NCBI GenBank assembly: GCA_963765495.1
Contig: CAVXWP010000017.1
Span: 96,001 to 160,000, forward strand
Length of the DNA stretch: 64,000 nt
Origin: Blastocatellia bacterium
GTDB taxonomy: Bacteria; Acidobacteriota; Blastocatellia; UBA7656
Direction: 5' to 3'
Shown here piece by piece: positions 56,579 to 64,000 of the stretch. A model generated the notes under the pieces. The model did not search any database. It worked only from the letters and a program-made list of their open reading frames with translations, and had not been told where the DNA came from. The first letter of the stretch is position 1; every line of letters starts with the position of its first letter. The position numbers were made by a program, and so were the translations under genes.

Positions 56579-58975
56579 TCAGCCGCCGCCTGTCACCTCT
56601 ACCGTCACCTCTGTGACGCTCGAATTGTGGGCGAAGTCTTCGCCTGTTATCTGGATCGTGTAGGTGCCCGAAGGCAGCCCCGCCGGTATCCTCAAATTGC
56701 CGACACTGGCCTTTGTTTGAGCGTCCCAGATTACGGCTACGGGCAGCCCGCCCGATATGCGCGCTGCGATTCGGCGCGTGTCGCTGTCGGCCCGGACTAT
56801 CACTTTCAGTTCTTCGCCCGCGTGCACCGAACCCTTATCAAGCGAAGCCCTCAACCGGGGCGGACGGCTGTCTATCACAAAACTCTTCTCTTCCTGATAG
56901 GCGCGATTCTGCCGGTCCATCAAGATCAACCGGCAATAATAGATCCCATCATTCATTTCGTGCGGGGCTACAAAGCGAGTCTCCCACACGTCTTCGCCCT
57001 TGATGTAGATCATCCGTTTCGTAAGCCCGAACGGGAAGACGGCCGTGACTTCCTTGATCGACTGATCGGTTCGCACTCTGAGGACCGGATCGCCTGGACG
57101 GATGACTCGCGGGCGAAGAAGCGAACGCGGCGCGGCAAGAAAGGATGTGTAGGGAGTGACAAACTTGTACTTCTTCGAGAGCGCGATGATTTCATCTATC
57201 GCCTCTTTTGTTTCGCCGTTGAGAGCTATCAGGCGAAGCAGGGCGTCTACGCGTGCGCGCGCCCACATGCGCGGCACGTGCGGGTGCGAATCGTCGCGTT
57301 CGGGAAGCTCTACCTGTTGAGAGACGTTTACAGGCTTGCCCGAGGCGCTGCCTGTAATCTGTAGCGCGGCCGGTCCCGGTCGTTTATAACGGCCTACGAA
57401 TGAGAGCCGCGTGCCGTCATAAGCCGTCGCTTCGTAATCGGGATAGACCTGATAGAAATTGGCCGTATCTGGGCTTTCAAGCTTTAATGAATCAATCGGA
57501 TTGCGCCCGATTTTGCTTACGAAGGATTTGAGTTTGAAATCCAGATCGTCGGTTTCGCGTGTAAAATCGAAGTATCCGCGAGAGTTGCGGGCAAGCTCGC
57601 CAAGCAGTTGAAGATTTGTGTCCGAGCCTATGCCAAAGACATACAGACGAGCGCGCGGGCCTGAACTGTTGGCCTTTTGAAACCGCTCGGTAATGGTGCG
57701 GGCGCGGGTGGTCGTAAGCGTCGAGTTGCCGTCGGTAATCATCACAATGGCGCGATCCTTGCCCGAAGGCAGCGCGGCGGTCAACTGCGCGGCCCGGTCA
57801 AGCGCCGCGCCCAGATCGGTCCCGCCCGACAGGTACCCGGCCTTGATAAAGGCGAGCGCCCGCGCCACCTGATCGGGGGTTCCGGCGACCGGCTGATCGC
57901 TAAAGACCAGCACGTCATCGTTGAACAGCATCAGGTTGAACGTGTCCTGCGGCGTGAGCGAATTGAGCAGCCCTTCGGTAGCTTCATAGGCGCGGTCGAG
58001 TTTTTCCCACTGCATCGAAAGCGAGGTGTCGAGCATAACGAGCACCGAACGCGGCGGCGGCGGCTCTGTCGCGCCGGGAGCGCGGCCCGCTTCATTAAAG
58101 AGGGCTGCGGCTTCGAAATAACCGTCGGGCTCGCGTTCGGCAAGACGCGGGTCGCGCAATTCATCTGCCGTTATGCGCTCAGGCGCGCGATAGCCGAGGA
58201 ATTCGAACGATGTGGACGGGACCGTCAACCCGTAACTGAAGGCGAAGTCTTCGGTCAACTGTATGTTCGAGGTTTCGAAGGTAGCCGATTTGTATGAAGG
58301 CGTGTTTTCAATAAAACTGAGCGGGTAGCTTTGGCCGCGAATGCTCAGGTCGCTCATCGGAAACTTGTTGAGTAGCTGTAAACGGATTTCGAGATGGCCT
58401 ACGGCTTGAGCGCCGTACTCGCTTGGCTTGAGGGGAAATGAGAAATAGGATTCCAGATTCTCTACCTTGAGCAATTCGGTGTATTCGAGTTCGAGCCGCT
58501 TCGTTCCATACGCCGGGATAGGCGATATTTTGACGGTGAAAGCCGTGCTGGCCTGATTCTCGTCTTCCTGCTCAAGCAATCCGGGGTCAATCGATTGCAG
58601 CGCGAGATTTTCGTAAATCTCGGCGGCCTGTCGCTTTTCGAGTATCACGCCGGGTATGCGCACGTCTCCGTCCCATACGGCGAAATCTGAAATTGATGCC
58701 GTAGTGGGAATCAGAAAGACGTAGCGGCCCTCCTGAATCCTTTCGGTGCGGTTGCCGAAAATCTGAACCACCCGCACGCGGGCAAACTGATTATCAATCG
58801 TCACCTGCACGCTCATCTCGTCAAGCGCAAGCACTGACGGGTCGGGCTTATCCTTGCTCGTAGGCACGAGCACGCCCGCCTGAGCATGAGCGATTGCCGG
58901 GAGGATAAAGGACAGCGCCAGTATAGCCAGCGCGCGCGCAAGGACTGCCGGAAACATGCGTCTACTTTGTTTCAT
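56579..58975 (-). CDS. Secreted VIT + vWA domain protein (inter-alpha-trypsin inhibitor heavy-chain-like)
   Basis: Signal peptide ending AHA; VIT (EGRYVFLIPTTASISDF...LEKRQAAEIYE); MIDAS DTSLS...TDG; KYKFVTPYTSFL; C-terminal Ig-like region. Confidence 0.92.
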   Translation of the reverse strand: MKQSRRMFPAVLARALAILALSFILPAIAHAQAGVLVPTSKDKPDPSVLALDEMSVQVTIDNQFARVRVVQIFGNRTERIQEGRYVFLIPTTASISDFAVWDGDVRIPGVILEKRQAAEIYENLALQSIDPGLLEQEDENQASTAFTVKISPIPAYGTKRLELEYTELLKVENLESYFSFPLKPSEYGAQAVGHLEIRLQLLNKFPMSDLSIRGQSYPLSFIENTPSYKSATFETSNIQLTEDFAFSYGLTVPSTSFEFLGYRAPERITADELRDPRLAEREPDGYFEAAALFNEAGRAPGATEPPPPRSVLVMLDTSLSMQWEKLDRAYEATEGLLNSLTPQDTFNLMLFNDDVLVFSDQPVAGTPDQVARALAFIKAGYLSGGTDLGAALDRAAQLTAALPSGKDRAIVMITDGNSTLTTTRARTITERFQKANSSGPRARLYVFGIGSDTNLQLLGELARNSRGYFDFTRETDDLDFKLKSFVSKIGRNPIDSLKLESPDTANFYQVYPDYEATAYDGTRLSFVGRYKRPGPAALQITGSASGKPVNVSQQVELPERDDSHPHVPRMWARARVDALLRLIALNGETKEAIDEIIALSKKYKFVTPYTSFLAAPRSLLRPRVIRPGDPVLRVRTDQSIKEVTAVFPFGLTKRMIYIKGEDVWETRFVAPHEMNDGIYYCRLILMDRQNRAYQEEKSFVIDSRPPRLRASLDKGSVHAGEELKVIVRADSDTRRIAARISGGLPVAVIWDAQTKASVGNLRIPAGLPSGTYTIQITGEDFAHNSSVTEVTVEVTGGG

Positions 58976-59051
58976 AATTCACTTTATGCGGGCGACCTCG
59001 CCGAGCCGCCCCGTTTGCCTACGCTAAGGCGAAGCTATAAGAGTCAGAATA

Positions 59052-59119
59052 GCCACAGAGACACAGAGGCGCAGAGAAAGGGTTATAAAATAATCTCTGT
59101 CTCTTTGTGTCTCTGTGGC
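59052..59119. repeat. Inverted octamer-array hairpin, (CACAGAGA)n family
   Basis: GCCACAGAGACACAGAGGCGCAGAGA ... TCTCTGTCTCTTTGTGTCTCTGTGGC. Confidence 0.85.
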
Positions 59120-59223
59120 AAAATTCTCCCCTTCCTGAATAGCTACGCTAAGATGAAAACTGCTTCCCGTAAAGAGTGGCAGCCACAGTCGGGCTACCGT
59201 AGAGGCCCATCACCTGAGAAGTC

Positions 59224-61269
59224 TTACCTCAAGACCCTCTTTTCAATCCGCATCAATCCGTTCATCGTGCCGAGGTATATGTATTGATCGTCGGTCGTTA
59301 TCGCTGTGACGTTCTGAGAAGCGAGTCCTTCGCTGACCTGAGTCCATCGGCGCGTCTTCGTATTATAAACTAAAAGCCCGCGATCACCAGTCCCGGCGTA
59401 AATTCGCTCGCCATCATAGACAAGCGCATTTTGATTGACATCGAAACGGCCTATCTGATCGGAGAAATTCACCCACTCGCCCGTGGGCAAAAGCGCGTCA
59501 ACGCCCCCGCCGTTTGTCCCGATGTAGAGCGTGCCGTCGGCCTCCGCAAGCGCCGTCACCCAATCGTGCGAAAGCGGCGAATTCGATGTCTTGTAGGTTC
59601 TGACTACCCTCAACCCCTCCAGTTCCACGAGTCCCGCAAGACTGCCCGCAAACAATCGGGAGCCCGATACGGCCGATGTGTAAAGATGATTGCTCGCCAG
59701 CCCGTGAAAAGCCGTAAGCGACCGGGCGCGGCCATTGAATATTTCAGTAAGCCCCCCGGCAGTGGCAAGCACTAAAGCGCGTCCGGTCGCAGCAGAAGCA
59801 GGCACCGTGCCGCCTGTGCCCAGGGCAAGCGCCGCTCCATCCGCAAGCGAGATATGCGCGATGGAATCGCTTATCAAGCCGTTCTGATCGCGTGTAAAGA
59901 CAGATTGTTTCAAGCCCGCGCCAAATACGACCAGCCCCCTCGATGTTGCAGCAAGCACCGTGTCATCGCCCCTGTCAAAGGTTATGAAATTGACTTCGCG
60001 CACTCGATCATCTTCTACGTGTGAGAGCCGTTCATTAGACTCAGGCGCGATGATATCTATCCCTCGATCAAAGTATCCGACCCACAGACGGCCTGCGCCG
60101 TCAAAGGTCAGGCTGGTTATGTGCGCGCCCGTGAGCACACGGTCTGAGACAACCGAAGAGGCTACGGTTTTAAACGCGGGTCCGGCGCTGGTTTCGCTTC
60201 TCATATAAGCGCCTTCGGAAGTCAGCGCCCATAGCGCCTCATCATCGGACGAGACCACGACCGGCTCCGAGCGGGGCAACCCGGACGTTTCAGCCAGCGG
60301 AGAATTGATCTCGCCGGAAGCGCCCTTGCGCGTGCCGCTTCCGCCCGAGAGGTCAACCATTCCGCCAGTAAAAAGTCCGGCCCACAACCGATTTCCGCTC
60401 GCGACAAGTGACGTCACATTTGGCTGAGAAGAGATGGGCCTGACCTCGCCCGCATCTGTCAGGGCAACCACACCGAAATCGGTGGCGACGGCCACGACAC
60501 CGGCATCTTTAAGGCTTGAGGGCAATTCGGAGAGCGCCGTCACGTGCGGCGAAGGAAGCCCCTCGCCGGTCCCTATGTGCTGAATTTGAGCCTCGCGCCA
60601 GACGTACAACCCGAGGTCCTGAGTGCCGATATAGAGCCGTGAATCAAGAGGCAGGAGCGCGGTTACGCGGCTGAAATCGGCTCCTGTGGCCGAATTGAAG
60701 CGGCGCGTGAATCTTTCCCCGTCGTATTCGAACAACCCTCCGTCGAGCGTGCCTATCAGAAGCTCGCTGTCGCTTGCGGCGAGCGCGCTCACGTGTGTGG
60801 CCTTCGGTTTGGTAAAGGTGAAGCCTGTGAACGTATTGCCGTCAAAGGCAATAAGCCCGGCTGCGCCCGTGCCTGCATAGAGTCTATCGCGAAAGACCGC
60901 AAGCGCGGTGAGATCATTTTCAGGCAAGCCGTCGAGTGTGGTATACCGCCGCGTCACATTGCCGCTTGAGTCGAGAGCTATGAGTCCACCCGAAGTCGCC
61001 AGATAATGAACGCCTCCAAATGTAGCGATGGCGCGAACGTCGGAAGAATCCAGATAAGCGGTAACTCCGTCGGTCGAGGGGGCGCGCAACCTTGTCTCTT
61101 TTACTTCGAGCGCGACTGAGGCAGCCGCGCGCTCGCGCTCTTCGGCTATCTGTCTGTTGAGACGGGCGATATAAAAGATGATTGCCGCGAGGGTAATTGC
61201 GGCGACGACGGCAACAAGCACAAGAGCCCGGCGGCGGGTGATATTGAGATTAGTCAAGAAATCAAACAT
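59224..61269 (-). CDS. Membrane-anchored (double) beta-propeller protein
   Basis: N-terminal TM and coiled coil; repeated blades YTTLDGLPEN, LYAGTG, LWVGYFDRG, LYIGTNGGG, IYLGTMNGL. Confidence 0.88.
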   Translation of the reverse strand: MFDFLTNLNITRRRALVLVAVVAAITLAAIIFYIARLNRQIAEERERAAASVALEVKETRLRAPSTDGVTAYLDSSDVRAIATFGGVHYLATSGGLIALDSSGNVTRRYTTLDGLPENDLTALAVFRDRLYAGTGAAGLIAFDGNTFTGFTFTKPKATHVSALAASDSELLIGTLDGGLFEYDGERFTRRFNSATGADFSRVTALLPLDSRLYIGTQDLGLYVWREAQIQHIGTGEGLPSPHVTALSELPSSLKDAGVVAVATDFGVVALTDAGEVRPISSQPNVTSLVASGNRLWAGLFTGGMVDLSGGSGTRKGASGEINSPLAETSGLPRSEPVVVSSDDEALWALTSEGAYMRSETSAGPAFKTVASSVVSDRVLTGAHITSLTFDGAGRLWVGYFDRGIDIIAPESNERLSHVEDDRVREVNFITFDRGDDTVLAATSRGLVVFGAGLKQSVFTRDQNGLISDSIAHISLADGAALALGTGGTVPASAATGRALVLATAGGLTEIFNGRARSLTAFHGLASNHLYTSAVSGSRLFAGSLAGLVELEGLRVVRTYKTSNSPLSHDWVTALAEADGTLYIGTNGGGVDALLPTGEWVNFSDQIGRFDVNQNALVYDGERIYAGTGDRGLLVYNTKTRRWTQVSEGLASQNVTAITTDDQYIYLGTMNGLMRIEKRVLR

Positions 61270-61372
61270 TGGACAAATGGAATTTGAGATTTGAGATTAA
61301 CAGGAGCCGCCCTTTCCGACCGATGCCTTAGATGCGCGCAAACAAAAAAGGTTTGTTGAAAATAACCCGCGC

Positions 61373-61401
61373 TTGACAATATATCAGAGCCTAAATATAG
61401 T
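61373..61401 (+). promoter_or_regulatory. Near-consensus sigma70 promoter of pgsA
   Basis: TTGACA-17 nt-TATAGT. Confidence 0.7.
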
Positions 61402-61491
61402 CAGGAATCTAAACGGGTGTGGTTCCGCATTACTACACCCCTGGAATTATCAGTAATCTGTGCCCGTAATCCTGTTCCGGGAAAATATAGC

Positions 61492-62265
61492 TTGAATCTG
61501 CCAAACGCACTCACGCTCTCCAGAATCTTCATCGTTCCGCTTCTGGTCGTCGTACTGTTGACCAAAATCCCGAGCGACTGGTTAGGCGTGCCTCAACAAC
61601 TGCTTGGCCTCACGCTGTTCATAGGAGCCTCGCTTACGGACTGGCTCGACGGTTACATTGCTCGAAAGCGGGGGCAGGTGTCAACCCTCGGCATACTGCT
61701 CGACCCCATAGCCGATAAATTATTGATCTCGGCGGCCCTCATTTCGCTTGTCGAAAACCACCTCGCGCCCGCCTGGGCAATCGTCATCATCATAGGCCGC
61801 GAGTTTGCCGTCACAGGGCTCAGGTCAATCGCCGCAACGGAAGGCTTCACGATCTCGGCGTCGAAAAAGGCCAAGTTCAAGATGCTCTCGCAGGTCATCG
61901 CGATAACGCTCCTGATACTTGGCAGCGCACCCGGCGGCCCTTCCGGGCTTCAACCGCCGCCTCGCGTCACCCCTGATGTCGCGTTTGCGTCATTCAACGA
62001 GTCCAAACAGATACTCTCTCATTTCTTTACAACCGGCTCGATCACGCTCGAAGGCTTTCAGATGCTGTGTTACGGCGCGGGCCGCGCTATGCTCTGGATC
62101 GTAGTCTTTTTCGCGCTCTGGTCTATGTACGACTATTTCGTAAAATTCTACGGCAAGGTGCGCGACCGTATCGAAGTGCGCGAGCGTCGCCGCTTGCGAA
62201 TACTGCGCCGACGGGGGAGGAAATCAACCTCGGCCCCCGTCGGAACAGGCGGACGGGGAGAGTGA
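61492..62265 (+). CDS. pgsA: CDP-diacylglycerol--glycerol-3-phosphate 3-phosphatidyltransferase
   Basis: NLPNALTLSR, DWLDGYIARK...LGILLDPIADK and REFAVTGLR motifs; TTG start at 61492. Confidence 0.9.
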   Translation: MNLPNALTLSRIFIVPLLVVVLLTKIPSDWLGVPQQLLGLTLFIGASLTDWLDGYIARKRGQVSTLGILLDPIADKLLISAALISLVENHLAPAWAIVIIIGREFAVTGLRSIAATEGFTISASKKAKFKMLSQVIAITLLILGSAPGGPSGLQPPPRVTPDVAFASFNESKQILSHFFTTGSITLEGFQMLCYGAGRAMLWIVVFFALWSMYDYFVKFYGKVRDRIEVRERRRLRILRRRGRKSTSAPVGTGGRGE

Positions 62266-62379
62266 CGCGGCATTCGCTCTAAATCGGATTGCACAAGACT
62301 GGTACAAACAAAACTCCAAGGTGGCCTGTTCCCACCCGCCTTTATTCAAATTCATTTCTACTCATCTCTTGCGGCAGAT

Positions 62380-64000
62380 TTATTCCCCGCCGATGAGCGA
62401 GGCTATCAGACTGTAGTTCCCGATTGCCGATCTCGTCTCTGTGTAAATCCCGTAATCGCGAAACTCGGTAAAACTCACAGAGGGCATCACGCGGTCGAGC
62501 GCCGCGCGCATGGAATCCTGATCCAGTAAGTCGCGCGAGCCGTCGGTCGTTCGGGTGAGTTTTGAGATTGCAAGCATCGTCTCGCCCACGTCTTTGACCT
62601 CCGGGCGGTAAGAGATTATCGAAGCCTTTGACGGGCGCTCCTGAAAAGCCCTGTTGAACCGCTCGTTTCCTGCTATGGAAGCCGCGCCCGTTTGCGTATC
62701 AAGAATACTCTCGATCTGCCCGGTCGTGCCGAGAATAAGATAATTTCCCGCATAGGCGGCAGCTCGACCGTCGGGGTGTGAAGAGACGCGAATCTCGGTT
62801 CCTTTATAATTCGTCGTCGAAATCGTAAACCCGTCCTGTGTGAGATAGCGTTCGAGGGCAGGCGAAACCCAAACCTGATCGTTTACGCGCACAAGCATAG
62901 CCAGAGAATCGTCTTCTGAAAATCGCAGGAGGGAAATCTCATCGCCAATGGCGTTGCCAATCTGATCCGTCGTGTCCACGCCGAGTTGCTTGCGAAAGTT
63001 CAAGACAAACTCTCTGAGCGCCATCCCCGCTACGATGTCAACGCGGGGCGAGAGTTGTTTCAGCACGCGGTCGGGCAAGTCACCGGCATTTTCTACACTC
63101 AGAAGCGTGAAGTCTTCCACCCCGGCGGGGATCAGCTTCAGAGAGTCGAAACTGGCCGCAGGAGCCGGTTTCAGGGGCTCGGTCAGCGCCCCGGCCATCT
63201 GCGGTTGCAGGACTGTAAGGTATTTTTCGGTCACGCCGCCCGCTTCAAATTCGGAACTGTAGAGGAATCCGGCAGCGGCCTGTCTGGCAAGATGAGCAAA
63301 GAGGTTCGCCGTAACGCTTATAGTGTTGGCATCGGTCGTGAAGCGGCTCGCAATTATTGCGGGGCCTAACTGACTCAGTTTCTCAAACCCTGTGGCGGTC
63401 ACATAAGCAAAGACCGAAGGGCGCGCGCCTACGATGGGGCGGTTCTCGCGCAGCGTGCCGTCGTCGGCCAGCGTGGAGGTGCGATGATTGATTGCGTCGA
63501 GGCAAATCTTTGCGGCATCCGCGTGATTGCTGATGACGACCACGCTGCCCGAAGAGGCGGCTACCATCTGGCGCTCAGGCTCGGGGCCGTGAAAGATCAA
63601 CATAGGTGTGCCGAGATAATCCTGAGTCTCTTCGAGCGTAGAGTCGCCGTAAATTCTGTGGGCGAGAATCGAAGCTCTCTCTCTCACCAGCCGCGAGGCC
63701 GCCTCCGGCTCCGCGTGCGTTTCGACAACGAGCGCAAATCTCAATTTAAAATGGAGGTACGGCCCTTCATCTGTCGCGCCCGTTGCGGCCTCTATGCCTG
63801 TGAGCGCGACCGCATATTGAGCGCGGGCCGCAACGACCGCCTCGTCGGGACCAAGACCAGTCCGGCCCATGAGATCAGCCGTAGACCCCAGTTGCCTGAG
63901 CTGGCTGGATAATCCCAAAACAGGGGCGGTCTCGCGCCAGGCTCTGGTGTCGGTGATCCCGTCGAGCAGGTCGGGCAGATTGTCTATCTCAATAAAGACG
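62380..64000 (-). CDS. Hypothetical protein (DUF3352-like), 5' end outside the window
   Basis: The frame of the 62380..63918 ORF stays open to the window end (VFIEIDNLPDLLDGITDTRAWRETAPVLGL...). Confidence 0.8.
   Translation of the reverse strand, partial: VFIEIDNLPDLLDGITDTRAWRETAPVLGLSSQLRQLGSTADLMGRTGLGPDEAVVAARAQYAVALTGIEAATGATDEGPYLHFKLRFALVVETHAEPEAASRLVRERASILAHRIYGDSTLEETQDYLGTPMLIFHGPEPERQMVAASSGSVVVISNHADAAKICLDAINHRTSTLADDGTLRENRPIVGARPSVFAYVTATGFEKLSQLGPAIIASRFTTDANTISVTANLFAHLARQAAAGFLYSSEFEAGGVTEKYLTVLQPQMAGALTEPLKPAPAASFDSLKLIPAGVEDFTLLSVENAGDLPDRVLKQLSPRVDIVAGMALREFVLNFRKQLGVDTTDQIGNAIGDEISLLRFSEDDSLAMLVRVNDQVWVSPALERYLTQDGFTISTTNYKGTEIRVSSHPDGRAAAYAGNYLILGTTGQIESILDTQTGAASIAGNERFNRAFQERPSKASIISYRPEVKDVGETMLAISKLTRTTDGSRDLLDQDSMRAALDRVMPSVSFTEFRDYGIYTETRSAIGNYSLIASLIGGE

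Noticed and set aside
1-64000. tRNA, rRNA, prophage, integrase or known defence genes
   Set aside because: None was recognised by eye; tRNAscan, Rfam and DefenseFinder runs would be needed to exclude them formally.

Overview
A gene-dense, GC-rich bacterial chromosome segment; gene content and order suggest Acidobacteriota (possibly Blastocatellia), which is an inference only. Housekeeping genes: tgt-yajC-secD-secF, a tonB-exbB-exbD-exbD-TPR lipoprotein operon, rel, ridA, rpmB, a SurA/PrsA-like PPIase, an ABC-F ATPase, an acyl-CoA carboxylase beta subunit, an RlmI-like methyltransferase, folK, kynA-kynU and pgsA. There are many exported proteins, including a >685-aa protein that runs off the left end and is missing from the ORF track, an S8 protease and a Cys-rich protein. 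A decayed accessory patch lies at about 17.8-21.1 kb. The most notable items are: (1) a 15-kb envelope gene cluster (membrane-anchored beta-propeller, VIT-vWA inter-alpha-inhibitor-like protein, 2609-aa TPR protein, 617-aa exported protein); (2) a REP-flanked RAYT transposase inside that cluster, whose REP uses the TPR gene stop codon and whose two ends carry a structurally conserved second hairpin; (3) a SecF with two tandem ComEA/GspK-like helix-hairpin-helix domains in its periplasmic loop; (4) at least six sequence families of short-tandem-repeat hairpins in intergenic spacers. No rRNA, tRNA or CRISPR array was recognised. All family assignments are motif recognition by eye, not database results.
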